From: Macrostomum lignano
Lineage: Eukaryota
Direction: 5' to 3'
NCBI GenBank assembly: GCA_002269645.1
Contig: NIVC01003510.1
Span: 1 to 56,952 of the forward strand
DNA length: 56,952 nt
The translations under genes were made by a program, and so were the position numbers. Every line of letters starts with the position of its first letter. The first letter of the stretch is position 1. The notes under the pieces are model-generated. The model saw only the letters and a list, made by a program, of their open reading frames with translations. It was not told the origin of the DNA and ran no database searches. This document shows positions 1 through 13,199 of the stretch, one piece after another.

Positions 1-1850
1 AGTCCAGGTTAGGGCTGCAGTAGGAAAAACTTTCGCATCATATCCTGTCTTGCCCCATGCTGATAATGGGCAGTTAATGGAAAGTGGGACGCAGAAGAGC
101 GGCGGCTCGCGCACAAAATTCACTTCGAAGACGCAGCGAAATGCGATTTGCGACCGGCGCCGCCCCCCCCGCTGGCTCCCGGGCATCTCCGACCAGCAGA
201 CGAAAGTCGGCGAGGCGGCGCCGCAGGGGAGGCCCGGGCCTCAATTTTTCCCGATTAGATATTCCGGCGCTCCTCTCTGGCCGCCGCCATCATTTTCATG
301 ACTACCGGGGCTCCCAGAAGACTCTCCCCCCAGCGGTGTCCACTCCGCCCTCCTGTCCGGGCCGCCACTTTTTCCTTCATTTTATCGAATTACGCGGCGC
401 ATGAGGGCGCCGGGCAGCGGCGGTTGCTCAACTAATTTTACACTTTGCGATGGAGGAAAGACCGGAGAGGCGGCGGCCCCCGGAGCTGACGAAATGAGAC
501 CGGGGGAGAAAATGGGATAGGCAGGCAGGGGTGCGCTAAACTTTTCCAGCTGAGAGAGACTTTGCCATTCGAATAGGCAGGCGCCCAGGTCGAGAGAAGA
601 GGCAGCAGTAGCAAAGCGATGAAGCCCGCGCGTCCCAGCTTCCCGACTGACTGGCGGTTAATCAGCAATTGGGGGGGGGGGAATTTTACTCCCCAGCCCG
701 CTTGAGCCTCTCAACTGGGACAAGCTGAGTGAGAGTGAAAGAGAAAAGAAGAGGTGGAGAAGGCAAAGTGGGAGGCAGGGAAAGGGCGATTGAGTGGGCG
801 CCTGAGGGGATTAAGAGGCTGCGTTCGCCCACCCCTCTGCTCAGCAGGCGGAATCCCCATAGCAGCACGGGAACCCGACAGCCCCCCCCCGCTGGTTGAC
901 TGACTGGCACAGAAAGACAGCGGGAGAATTCTCCCTATCTCTAATCTTTCCTTTAGTAGAAAAGAAGCAGCGGAATTGCCAAAGACAAAAGTCCCATGGC
1001 GGTGGATGAATTCATGCCGGCGGACGGGGAACCGATACAAACGGATAGGGGATAGAGAGGATTAATCATATGACGAAACTCAAGCAACTTAATTAGCATA
1101 CATTAAGTTTGTAGCGCCACCCATGCCAGAGCCGGCAACCCTGTGGCATGATCAGCAGCGCTAAACTAAATAAAATGACCCCGGGGTAGGCAGGCGAGGG
1201 CATAACTAATGAGGATGAAAGATTAAACAGCTCAGGCCAGTTTAGAAAACTCATCACGCTCACACAGAGATAGGATGCAGTGTTTGATCACAGTGTTGGA
1301 GTGTTGGACAGCGGCAATGGACAGTCTATAATACTCAACTGATGAAGAGGTTAGAGGCTCAAATTCTCGCCAAGCTCAGCTCACAGCAGCCCATACAGCA
1401 GGCTTAACTTTACACAGCTATAAAGTCGGTGTGAAAAAAGAAGCAAGGTGAGAGAAAACACTTCAAACAATAAGAGCATGAGCAATAGGGGCCTGGGTTT
1501 AGGCCCAGTGCGGCCTGCTCGTGTGCTCAGTACAGCTGCTTCATTTATTATCGCGTCCCGACACGATAAACTGCGGGGCTCTGCGACAACCGGCCAGAGA
1601 AGCACAATCTCCCTCACCTGACAGCAGTTTACACAATAAGCAACTTGCAACAAAGGGGCTCAGGGAAGCCAGGGTTAGTCTGTGTAAATTACCGATGCAC
1701 AACAAACTGGTAGCTAGAAAATATAAAATGGACATCTGCACACTCAATGAGAGCAGAGGGCATGTACATGAGCAATGTATGTACAGTGGAAGGGGTGGCC
1801 TGTGAGTCTTCTTTGCGAAAGATAATTGAACTGTCTGTTTAGCCTATAAT

Positions 1851-3157
1851 AGATTCTCCGTGGCTTACTGGGAGATTCTCCGTGGCTTACTGGGAGATTC
1901 TCTGTGGCTTAAGGGGGCGATTCTCTGTGGCTTAATGGGAGATTCTCTGTTGCCTAATGGGGCGATTCTCTGTGGCTTAATGGGAGATTCTCTGTAGCTT
2001 AAGGGGCGATTCTCTGTGGCTCAGGCTTAAGGGGAGATTCTCTGTGGCTTAATGGGAGATTCTCTGTGGCTTAAGGGAGATTCTCTGTGGCTTAAGGGGA
2101 GATTCTCTGTGGCTTAATGGGAGATTCTCTGTGGCTTAATGGGAGATTCTCTGTAGCTTAAGGGGGCGATTCTCTGTGGCTCAGGCTTAAGGGGAGATTC
2201 TCTGTGGCTTAAGGGGAGATTCTCTGTGGCTTAATGGGAGATTCTCTGTGGCTTAAGGGGAGATTCTCTGTGGCTTAAGGGGAGATTCTCTGTGGCTTAA
2301 TGGGAGATTCTCTGAGGCTTAATGGGAGATTCTCTGTGATTTAATGGGAGATTCTCCGTGGCTTACTGGGAGATTCTCTGTAGCTTAAGGGGGCGATTCT
2401 CTGTGGCTTAGGCTTAAGGGGAGATTCTCTGTGGCTTAAGGGGAGATTCTCTGAGGCTTAATGGGAGATTCTCTGTTGCCTAATGGGGCGATTCTCTGTG
2501 GCTTAAGGGGAGATTCTCTGTGGCTTAAGGGGCGATTCTCTGTGGCTTAATGGGAGATTCTCTGTAGCTTAAGGGGGCGATTCTCTGTGGCTTAAGGGGA
2601 GATTCTCTGTGGCTTAAGGGGCGATTCTCTGTGGCTTAATGGGAGATTCTCTGTAGCTTAAGGGGGCGATTCTCTGTGGCTCAGGCTTAAGGGGAGATTC
2701 TCTGTGGCTTAATGGAGATTCTCTGTGGCTTAATGGGAGATTCTCTGTGGCTTAATGGGAGATTCTCTGTGGCTTAATGGGAGATTCTCTGAGGCTTAAT
2801 GGGAGATTATCTGTGGCTTAATGGGAGATTCTCTGAGGCTTAATGGGAGATTCTCTGTGATTTAATGGGAGATTCTCCGTGGCTTACTGGGAGATTCTCT
2901 GTAGCTTAAGGGGGCGATTCTCTGTGGCTTAGGCTTAAGGGGAGATTCTCTGTGGCTTAATGGGAGATTCTCTGTGGTTTAAGGGGAGATTCTCTGAGGC
3001 TTAATGGGAGATTCTCTGTGGTTTAAGGGGAGATTCTCTGAGGCTTAATGGGAGATTCTCTGTGGTTTAAGGGGAGATTCTCTGTGGCTTAATGGGAGAT
3101 TCTCTGTGGTTTAAGGGGAGATTTTCTGTGGCTTAAGGGGAGATTTTCTGTAGCAGA
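1851..3157. repeat. Minisatellite, 21-22 bp unit GGGAGATTCTCTGTGGCTTAA(T/G), roughly 60 copies
   Basis: Tandem units directly visible; copy number estimated from length/unit. Confidence 0.97.
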
Positions 3158-3860
3158 TTTTATACCATAATCCCATCGTTCTGCAATCCGTCTACATCAA
3201 AATTAGCCCGATGTACGAAGGAGGCGAGATTGGTGCAACGAGGCAGATGAAAACACGAATTAAATGAATACAGCAGTTGCAGCAGCAAAGTAAATTGGGT
3301 TTTACACTGGGAAGCTTCTTCTAAAGAGTTTCTTGCTTGACAACAATTAGATTATCGGAGAACTCCTAACGACAGAGATTATCCGGAAAGATAATAATAA
3401 GTGTCCCTATGCCGGCAGGCCTGAGACTATAATACAATCGATCTATCGGATTAGGGAAAAGGTGCGAATGAATTACCACGCGCCGCCAGCGAGTCCAGCT
3501 TAGCAGAGCGGAGAAACCAACGGTTTTATAATGCTATTAATGAGGGATAAAAAATAATGGGACGCCACTCAATTCATAAAATAGGCAAAATTCAATTACA
3601 ATGTAACTATAAGCATTGTACATTGCGCACAGTTATGCAAGAAATCACACAAGGGGTCAGGCAGAAGTCAGCAGTCGGTGACAGAGCATTTTTCAGAGCA
3701 GCAGCGATGGTCCGCAAGTAACAGATGGTATCTTTAAGTTATAGAGTGGGTCCAATGAGTATAAATGTGTTAATATGCGATTACTCTAACAGCATGCTCA
3801 GAGGTAGAAAGTTGCGCAAATCCCAAGTCACGTGACAGCCCCAGCCGATTCTATTCCGGC

Positions 3861-4730
3861 TCAGCAGTCCTCGTCCAGACCCTCGTCCATGGCGGCCAGA
3901 GCCACTTCGCCGTGCCACTCGAACGAGTAGTTGAGATGCGCTGGCGACAGCGAGGCCGGGGCGGAGCAGAGCGACTTGGACTTGGCGTGCTCCACAGCTG
4001 CCTGCGGCGGCTTCAGCGGCTGCTGCTGGCTGTCTCCGCCTGACGCCGCCGGCTTGACTCTGACGGCCGACAGAGCGTAGGACGACGAGGAGGCCGACGC
4101 CGACGTCGACGAAGCTGTTGATGGGCGGAAAGCAGACGAGGCTGCTGCTGACACCGCGGCGACTACGCTGCATTTTGGCGCCAGCTTCGGCGAGTCGGCG
4201 AACGACACCGGCCAGGACAGGGAGGGCGCGAAGCCCTGGCCGGACGGCAGCGACACCGGCGTCTCCTTGGCAACCGACTGGCCGCCGCCGCTGTCGCAAC
4301 TGCCATTGGCAGCCCCGTGAACCGAGGCGCCGCCGTTGGGGACGGCTCCGACTACCCCAGCAGCGCCGCAGCTCAGCGAAGTCGGCACTTGAGTTGATCG
4401 GCGAACGCCGTCCTGGCCGCCGTGCTGCTGGCTGAGCCGGTGCCGCAGGTGCTGGTGGTGCTGCTGATGGTGATGGTGAGACAGGCGGAAGGCCTGGCCG
4501 CCCGGATAAGCGTCTAAGAAGGTGAGCGCCTGCGACAGGCTGTCGGCGCTCATCTCCTTGTGCCCGGAGTCCGGAGAGCCGCTCTGCGCGCCGGGGGACG
4601 CCGCTGAAGCCGGCGCCCCAGCCACTGTGACGGTAGCGGCGGTGGTAACTGCAGATGCGGAGGCGGCGGCGGCAACTGCAGCAGCGGTGGAGGCCGCGGA
4701 GATCATAAGGAGGCTGTCAACAGAACTGGA
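3861..4730 (-). CDS. NOS1AP: Probable C-terminal low-complexity part of the NOS1AP/CAPON-like protein (Ala/Ser/His/Gln-rich; ends ...AMDEGLDEDC*)
   Basis: 281-aa ORF 3861..4706 lies in the -1 frame relative to the upstream CAPON ORF. Its frame stays open upstream to about 5027 and overlaps the upstream stop as ATGA (4706-4703). Adding one base near 4731 gives ...TPLGEAA-SSSVDSLLMISAAST... Confidence 0.6.
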   Translation of the reverse strand, partial: SSSVDSLLMISAASTAAAVAAAASASAVTTAATVTVAGAPASAASPGAQSGSPDSGHKEMSADSLSQALTFLDAYPGGQAFRLSHHHHQQHHQHLRHRLSQQHGGQDGVRRSTQVPTSLSCGAAGVVGAVPNGGASVHGAANGSCDSGGGQSVAKETPVSLPSGQGFAPSLSWPVSFADSPKLAPKCSVVAAVSAAASSAFRPSTASSTSASASSSSYALSAVRVKPAASGGDSQQQPLKPPQAAVEHAKSKSLCSAPASLSPAHLNYSFEWHGEVALAAMDEGLDEDC

Positions 4731-6133
4731 GCCGCCTCGCCCAGCGGCGTCAGCCCGCAGTCCTCGGCCGCCTTGAGCTCCGGCAAATCCAGCGGTGCAA
4801 CTGGCGGACAGAGCGGGGTGCTCTTGTCCGGCAGGCCGGACACTCCGGACGGTGCCTTTGTCAGTGTCGAAGCTGCAGACGATGAAGATGCTAATCTGGC
4901 GTCCAGCTCTGGAGGCCGCTGATGATACCGGAGCTCCAGCAAACGCAGGCGGTGCACCAGCTGGTTGAGATGATCCAGCAGGTCCCTATTCTGCACGAGC
5001 AGCTGGTGAGCTCTGGCCTGAGCTTCAACCCTGGCAGCAGCCTCGGCGGCCAGCTGGTCCCTGAGCAGCCGGGCCTGCGCCATGGCCACCTGGGCCTGCT
5101 GCGACTGCTGCTCCAGCCGCTGCCTGATCAGCTGCTGGCGGTGCCGCAGCCACAGCGGCCCGCCCTCCGGATCGCTGCCCGATGCCACCATGCCGCCAAG
5201 GCCGTCGGCATCCAGATTGATGCTGTCCCAGCTGGGTGGCAGCGGCGCCAGCGGCGAGGTGATGGTGCCGACCGTGTGACGGGGCCGGCCAACGCCCACC
5301 GGCTCGGAGGTGGACGAGCTTAGCTGAAGCGACGGAGGCGGCGGCAGAGGCGTCGCAGCGGAGGATTGCGCCGTCAGTGGCGGCTTTTTGACCTCGCAGC
5401 CGGCGGCCTCCTTAATGAGAGGCGGTGTCGTCTTGTCCGCCGCCGATTTCTTGTCTGCTGCAGCGGGGGTTTCGGCAGCGGCGGCGGCGGCAGACTTGGC
5501 CGGCGAAGATGACTCAGCGGTGCCGGCCGAACCGCCCTGACCCGATTTGACCTTGGCTGGTGCCGACTCGCCGGGCGACTGCACGGGGCTGGTGGTGGCA
5601 TTGGAGGCGGCGGCGCTGCGGCCCTCCTTGGAGCCCAGGGACAGCTGGTGGCAGACCTCGAATGCCTGGCCTATGGTGCGCACGATGCGCATGGCCTGAG
5701 CCTTCTTGTAGGCCTTGAACACGCTGCACTTGAATGCGTTCCTCTGGCTGTCCCTGGCTATGTAGCTGAATATCTTCAGGTCCTGCGAGTCGTGCGACAC
5801 GTAGAATATTCTGTAGATGGGGTGGTGCATGAGCAGCTGCGAGGTCGAGTCCAGCCACAGGGCTCGCCTGCGGGCGCGCCGGCAGATGACGCTGACCCCG
5901 TCAACGGAGATAGATATGGTGACCTTGCGCTTCTTGATAGCCTTAGCCTTGAACTCGAAGCGGATTCGCCGCATGGCGGCAACAATCTCCACGCGACTCT
6001 GCGGCCGCGGCACGTCCAGGCTGCCGATGAACTTGGCCTTGTACTGGATGCCCCGCTGGAACGCCTCCTCTGAGTGCACGGGGAACCGGCTGGAGTCCGC
6101 GGCGTTTTCGCTGACGATATCGTAGTCGGTCAT
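4703..6133 (-). CDS. NOS1AP: NOS1AP/CAPON (DYC-1-like) PTB-domain adaptor with coiled-coil
   Basis: EEAFQRGIQYKAKFIGSLDVPRPQSRVEIVAAMRRIRFEFKAKAIKKRKVTISISVDGV and HHPIYRIFYVSHDSQDLKIFSYIARD match the CAPON PTB domain. QVAMAQARLLRDQLAAEAAARVEAQARAHQLLVQNRDLL matches the CAPON coiled-coil. ATG at 6133 follows TTCCAG|G. Confidence 0.93.
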   Translation of the reverse strand: MTDYDIVSENAADSSRFPVHSEEAFQRGIQYKAKFIGSLDVPRPQSRVEIVAAMRRIRFEFKAKAIKKRKVTISISVDGVSVICRRARRRALWLDSTSQLLMHHPIYRIFYVSHDSQDLKIFSYIARDSQRNAFKCSVFKAYKKAQAMRIVRTIGQAFEVCHQLSLGSKEGRSAAASNATTSPVQSPGESAPAKVKSGQGGSAGTAESSSPAKSAAAAAAETPAAADKKSAADKTTPPLIKEAAGCEVKKPPLTAQSSAATPLPPPPSLQLSSSTSEPVGVGRPRHTVGTITSPLAPLPPSWDSINLDADGLGGMVASGSDPEGGPLWLRHRQQLIRQRLEQQSQQAQVAMAQARLLRDQLAAEAAARVEAQARAHQLLVQNRDLLDHLNQLVHRLRLLELRYHQRPPELDARLASSSSAASTLTKAPSGVSGLPDKSTPLCPPVAPLDLPELKAAEDCGLTPLGEAAPVLLTASL

Positions 6134-9100
6134 CCTGGAATAGCAGGCGGCGGAGAGCATCGCGGATCCGGTCAGTCAGGTGCAAATCAGGTAAACTTCA
6201 CCTGGCCCTCAGCCCGCCTCTACCGTTAATGGGGAAAATTTCCCCTTAAAAAGCCAAGCCCATATCCGAGCCATTAGAATTATTTCTTGCCCCCGACGAA
6301 CGCAGGCGACATCAACTAAGGACAGGAAGCTGGAGGGACGAGGAAGCTGCGGGTAGGGCAGCATGGGGACATGTGACGGCGGCGGCGTCTGAAGAGGAAG
6401 GAAGTGGCTCATAAGGAGCGCTTTATTGGCTTTCCAAAGCCATAGAGGCGGAGAGGCGCGCCTGAACTGCGCAGCTCCACTGATTCGGCACTTGATCTCC
6501 AGCCAGCCACAGGTCAGACAGAGAGGCATTGGAATCCAGGGGGCTTCGAAGCATGTAAATAGTCTAAGAGCACAGCATACCCCCCAACCCTCGAGAGAAT
6601 AGCAGACTGTTGAACAAGCGGCTGCTGGCGCAGTGTCCCGAACTGAGTAGTATCGAAGGGCACAGGCAGATAAATAAATCTGGTTGAAATCGCAGCCCAG
6701 GTGCGGACAGGTGACCCAGCGGCTAGTAAACACACTGGTCTCCGAGGGACAAACAGTTATGCTAAGAAATTCGAGCCCACTGTTTACTAATCCTCAGAGC
6801 TAGCGAATCGCCAGCAATGGGATAACAACAGAGGCTGTACGCGTGACAAGGATATTCTGTCGCGGCAGGGAAGGGGAAAGAAACCCATCGGGAAATTTTC
6901 CTTTTCACAAGGCTCTGGACCAATTCTTCTTCACTGATTTTCAGGCAGTCGGCCAGTCTGTCCGGTACAATTAGTTAATCTGCAGGGATCGGGGCAAGCC
7001 GCGAATCCCACAGGCCGCAGGCCAGGCCCAGTCGTGGGATACGTACACGGTGAAGCCGAACAGATAGGGGGGGGGGCTTCTCTAGGGAAAACAATCGTGC
7101 ACTTTTACCGCTAAACAAAACAGTGACACTTATAAGACACTAAGTAGTCAGGGGGCGAGGCTGTGTGACCGAAATAGCAGCCAAATTTTGATGTCAATAT
7201 TGAATAGCACGGCTGATGCTTCATAAAAAACCCAAAAAACTGGATAGTCCGGGCAGAGCCGGCTGCGGATCTGCAATCAGCATTGGCCTTGATTGACAGC
7301 TTCCGGGGTAGAAATTGGTTTCCGCTGGGGGTGGGTGGGGGGAGCGGAGCAGTCCCAGCTGCAGCTGCAGGACACGAGATGGCTGCAGTTAACAGGGCAA
7401 ATGATTTTTGGCATTTTGCCACTTTGTAGCAGCCTCTATAAAGTGAAAAGTGATTACAGTTGCAACAGTCGCACAGACACATGCCAGAGGTCACTCAGCT
7501 CAGAAGCACTGGGTTAGGATTAAGAGAGTGACTGAGCACCAGGGCAGTATAGAGAATGAGCTCAACAACAGCCAACTGCTAGCAAGTTAATGACTCGAAA
7601 GCTGATGGGAATAAGGAGCCCGGGATGGCAGATGGAGCAAAGGAGGCTGGGAAGCGGGCCGCAGCAGGCAGTAAAAGTAACAGTGCGCTCCCAAGTCCGA
7701 GCAAGCATAGGGATGAGATGGGCAGCAGCGATAAGACCGAGTGACCAGGCGCTGGTGGCCGAGGACTCAAGAGAGAGAGAGATAGTGACGAAGCAAGGGG
7801 AGAGGAAAAGAAGCGAACTACTGGCTGAAACAAGATCGCCCAGACAGGCAGGGGATTTGCTAATAAGCCAAGGCAATGGCGCCCGCCGTAGTGCGAAAAG
7901 TTAGAAAATGGGGGGAGGCGGCGTCCCAGTCCAACAGGACGCGTAGCAAAGTTGCATTGCCGCCGCTCATCCTGGAATCCTCCGCCCGTCTCAGCCGCAT
8001 CCTTCTATCACACAGGAATGAGAAACGAGTGAAGAGAAAAAAGAGGAGTTAGAGAAGAGAGAAGGAGGGCCATCCTCGCCATCCCGGCCCCGAGGCCCTG
8101 CGCACACAATATATACACGGAGCGAAGCCAGGCAAAAGGGAAAGTGGAAGCTACTTGGAAATGATTAAAAATTCTTTCCTTCCTGAGGTTTGGTCCCGGC
8201 CGAGTAAAACAGCCAGGGAGGAGGCGGGGCCCGGCCTAAGCCAGGAAAGTGAATTCCCATGGCTAAAACATCTTCAACCTTCATAAAATTTCCTGACATA
8301 CAAGACAAGATGATGAACTAGATCGGCTGAAGCGAATCTCCCCTCCTCGAACTCGCCCGCCCTTCCTCATCTCCCCCTCCCCGATGCTTCGTCTTCATTT
8401 CCTTCAAGCCTCGTTTCTCGTCTGGCAGCGAAACTGCACAGCAACAGCCAACTAGCGGAGCCGATGAATAAATTAGGGACGGGGCCTGCTGTGTCACCTT
8501 CGATTCTGCGACAAGCCAACCGTTGTGCCTGTAAACAGACAGCGTGACAGGGCATTACAGTATCCGATCCAGCGCACTATGGGAGTCAAAATAAATAAAA
8601 AGTAGCAAAACAGCGCTGAGGAACTCCCCAGCCGGTCAGAGGAGAACAGGCTCCGAGAACAGCCTCGATCGATAAGCAAGCCAAGGTCGGGTGCTTTCAA
8701 TTAAAAGCGCAGCAGGCAGCGGCCAGACTTCTGCTCTGACGGAGCACCGAACCAGCTCGGGGGAATCTGGTCTATACGAGTGCAGATCCCCGAAGCGGCA
8801 CCTACAGCTCGGCAGAAGCATCAGGACCTCGATGGTCATCGATTGGCCAGCTAGGAGAGAAGACGAGAGCTTCTAGGCCAGTTCATCTCAGCTCAGTTAT
8901 ACATCCAGCGCCAAGACGCAGGTAGCTTCCTTAGAGTGTGCGTTGAGAGCAGCCGAGTAACAGGAGGCGAGGCTGGCCAGGAGGGGCACTTAGCAACAGA
9001 ATGGAATCTCTTGAAATATGCAGACCCGGGGCCGGGCTCTCCGATTACCGATGAGGACAAGCGGCAGCTCCCCGCATTCATTGATTGCAAGCGGATCGGG

Positions 9101-10126
9101 CAGCGGCATCAAGCGGTCGCTTGCCCCCCCCCAACTCCCGGAATGGAAAGTTGATGAGATGAGCAGCGGATCCCCATACTCGTACCAGCTGAGAAGCTGA
9201 GCATCCCGGCCCCATCATCATCAACACTTCACCTGAAATGACGTCACGCAATAAGAAAAAAGCCGAGAAAATCTCCTGTTTTTGTTTACAAGGCGGCTTG
9301 AGCTCGGGAATGACTGATGCGTGTTTTGCTGAACTCAAATTGGGAACTAACAAGGAATGACTTGGCTGATTTGGCTGACTCACTCTCGATAGCGCAGCTC
9401 AAGTGTGACTGCAAACCCCGCTGCATCTTAAAAGCAACATCATCATCGGGCTGCCTCATCCGCGCTGCCTCACGCGATGAGATCAGGACAGGCCGGCCTG
9501 ATGAATCCAATTGAACGGCTAAGAAGGCCGGAGAGGCAGCGGGCTGGACTGGGCTCCAATAATGCGATTCCAACCGAAGCCCCCAGAGCCGGGGCCTCCC
9601 TAATCAACAATCAGGGCCCGCCTGGCTTGCTGCGCACCTTTAATGAGAGAGCCGGGCCGGGGCCGCAGCGAATTCTCCTGAATTCCCCCTCCTCCGTATC
9701 TCCCCTTCCCACTGCTTGAAGAATTTATTCCAGCGGGCCACAGGAATAATGACAACAAATATCCGCCAACAGCGGTCAAAGTTTCAAGCCTTCAATCGCC
9801 GCAGCCGAGATCTGCGGCCACGATAGACGGTGGGTGTGGGGGGGGGGAGCGGCAAATAAAAAGTCCAAAAAATGCAAGTCGGAATCCCCATCCCGCTAAG
9901 AGGCTTGGCATTTGAAAGCTGTAGAAAAATAAACTGCGCGCGCGCACACACAGAGACAGCTGGATGGGAAGATTTCCCTAGATGGGATAAACTTTTTTAG
10001 GATTCTAAGGAAGCCGCATGGAGACTGGCACTGCCGTAAGCATTGCTAACGGACAATTGTCAGCAGGCTAGCTGAAAGATGAGTCTGAGTACAACTGTGA
10101 CTAAATAACTAAATATTTATGGCGAT

Positions 10127-10140
10127 ACTCACCTGCTATT
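10127..10140 (-). other. Strong 5' splice donor CAG|GTGAGT; possible upstream (UTR) exon of the CAPON-like gene
   Basis: Minus strand reads AATAGCAG|GTGAGT with the intron starting at 10132. It could pair with the acceptor AG at 6136-6135; no transcript evidence. Confidence 0.35.
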
Positions 10141-12843
10141 TGAATTCCCTAGCCGCAAACAATGGGAATTCGCTGCTGCTGCTGACAGGTGCCAACTCGG
10201 GACAGGCGCATTGGAGACAGACAATTAGACAGTCAGGCTGAGTTGAACTGGGAAACTTGAACAGCTGCAGCCGGTTGGAATAGTCAAGATGAAGGAGGCG
10301 GTGAATTAGGAGGCTGGGCTGGCGGTAGAAGCATTTTGTAGTGCGGCGAACGGCGGGGGCCGAAGCCTCCGCAGACATTGGCTGGCCGGCCGATAGCAAA
10401 TTGCAGAGCATGGCCGCTGGCTGCTGACGCTCTGGGGGGCTTGAGGCGGCTATTCTGAGTCCGAGAAGAATGGAGCCGGGAGTTTGGGACAGAGCAGCAG
10501 ATTAATGCCAGAGTCCCAGCCTTCCCTCCCAGCAGCGATAATGGATGCAGCTGTGAGGCATGCAATAAATAGAATAATGGGGGGGGAGTTGAGGGCTAGA
10601 GCAGCTAGGGGAGAAAAAGCATGTCCCTGGCCGAGGGGACTATGCAGCGTCATGTGGCGACACAGTTTTTAAGTACCTGGCAGCCAGACAGAACTCAGGT
10701 ACTAAAATAGAGAGAACTGCCAGCTAAGGGTTCTCACAGCGGAAGAAAGAGAACAGTTCCTTCCGCATCCTCTGCCTGAGCAAATAGGCCTGAACTATAG
10801 TGGCAAAGTGGCTTCCCTTCTGCGTTGTAGCCCCAGTCAAAAGCGTGGATTGGTTACACTTTTACAAGCACTTTATCCATTGAAAATGACAAGGCGCGGC
10901 TTTCTCGCGTCTAAACTAAAGCAGGCAACGGTCTATCGGGAAGCTGAACAGATTTTATAGCCCGTGTAATTCAACTGCTATGTGCACTTGCGTTCTTACT
11001 GCAAGTAGTTAGTAGTTAGTATTGTTATGGATCCTCTGAGGTATACACTCTGTTATATACAAAATTTAATACTAAAATGAAAGATGGTTTTCTACTTTCT
11101 AATGACTCTAGACTTTCAAATGTTTTACACATTAATTAAATATCCTTCTGGACGTACCTAGTAAACATATAAACTCTAAAGAAAGAGCAATTTGAACAAT
11201 TACACTATCAAATTAACAAATTTAGTTTAAAACTGTTCTTGAATATAAACCAAGCTGAGTATTAATGCTAAATACTGAGTATTCTTGTATTATTAACAAG
11301 CTGGGTATTAATGCTAGAGAAAGTGAGAAAGAGAGAAAGAAGCAAGAGAAGAAAGAAGAGATTGGAGAGAAATAGAAAAAGACAAAGGAAAATTATAGAC
11401 ATGAAGAGAAAATATGCTAATAGAGAAAATGGGAGAAGTAGAGATTTACATTTTCTATGATTCTAAGATCATTTTCAGAGATTATTAAAGTTCCTTTTCA
11501 TTCATACAAAACTAGGTTTGTCAAGTAGTATGAAAACCTGCATCTAAAAAGAAGCTTGTTTACTAGTGGCAAAAGATGTGTGCCTCTTCATACCATTTGT
11601 TATATACCTTATAATTTACACTGACCCATAATGTGGATAGTGTTAAATTTATGCTAAAAAGTATTTTGCTATCTAGAAAAGTGTATGCCAGTAAAGTATA
11701 CCAATTAAGCGTTTTAGTAAATTGTATGCCAATAAAAATTGTCTGATTAACAAGCACAGAAATAATGCAACTAGCAATAGATATAGCAAATAACTGCAAA
11801 AAATGAAACCTCATTTAAAAATGAAAATAATTAGTAAAACTAAATAGTAAAATAAATCTATTGATTAAAGTATATCATTTACTAGCAAGTAGCAACAATT
11901 GAAAAATTTAGTATATAATTTGAAAACCTAATTTATTGCATAATTTTTATATTTACTTTATTATAGCAAAGGATTGTTTAGCAGAATTTATGCAATGATG
12001 TCACATAATTCAATGCTTTTTGTATACTGTTGTGTTTTTATTTAATTGAATTCAATTCAGTCAGTTGGAGACATTTGGGTCTTGCTCAATATATTTATAC
12101 TCATGTGCACATTGACAACAGTGCTACATAATCAAAACAAATGATACCATAATTGAATGCACAATGCATATAAGGTAATTGAACATTCATGCAAATTTTA
12201 GTCTTAAAGTTAGTCAATTAGTTAATAAACCTAGGAGTAATGCACAGTCATTACATATACCATACATCTGCAACCCCCTGATTTACACTGGCCATGCAAC
12301 TTACTTTTTGACCAAAAATGCAACTTACCTGTAAAAGAAACTCTAAAGCAAATTAACACAATTTTGGGTTTCTGGTTTCAGGTTTAGGATATATATATCA
12401 AATTTCAATTTCGGGTTTTGGGTGGTAGGAAAAATCATTTTTGGGCCATCTCTATTTATGCCAACCCTTTTTACTTATAAAACAATATATAGGCCTAACT
12501 AAAATAAAAGGAAAAATGATATCAAGCAAAATAGTGTTCCCATTTAGTATAAGTAAAATGATAATTATTCAAAAAGAAAGTGCTTCCAAAAAGATATTCA
12601 TTTTATTGAATTTTTTAAAACTTTTTATACAATAGAAACTTTGCCTTTTAACTTACTAATCTTAAATGATTTTTTAAATAAAAATTTGTCAAACTAGTTT
12701 TTTACTAGCAATCTTTGCCCCCCGATGGGGGACATCTGGATAGAATCTCTGTTCTCTACAAGTAACAAAAAGACCACCAAAAAATCCTTCACAAAGACAA
12801 CAGACAAACTGCTCAAATGAAGTGCATTGCAAAAAGAAATCAT

Positions 12844-13100
12844 CCCAAGACTCCAAGCATCCCCCAGATAGCAAGCATCCCCCAGATAGCAAGCATCCCC
12901 CAGATAGCAAGCATCCCCCAGATAGCAAGCATCCCCCAGATAGCAAGCATCCCCCAAATAGCAAGCATCCCTCAGATAGCAAGCATCCCCCAGATAGCAA
13001 GCATCCCCAGATAGCAAGCATCCCCCAGATAGCAAGCATCCCCAGATAGCAAGCATCCCCCAGATAGCAAGCATCCCTAGATAGTAAACATCCCCCAGAC
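12844..13100. repeat. Minisatellite, 18 bp unit GCAAGCATCCCCCAGATA, about 13 copies
   Basis: Tandem units visible; explains the repetitive PQIASI/PPDSKH ORFs. Confidence 0.95.
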
Positions 13101-13199
13101 AATAAGTAGCTAGTGCAACAATTTCCTTAGCTTTAAAGTGGCTCCTTTAAATTGGCATGGCACTTTATACCTTTACATTTGAAATTGTATATCTTTAAT

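Noticed and set aside
1-1800. Short ORFs at the window start and 6200-10800
   Set aside because: No domain similarity or coding-like codon bias; probably UTR, intron or regulatory sequence
4703-4706. Bacterial-style translational coupling or horizontal origin suggested by the ATGA overlap
   Set aside because: The gene is a clear metazoan CAPON homolog in a spliceosomal context with no Shine-Dalgarno logic; indel or splicing explains it better
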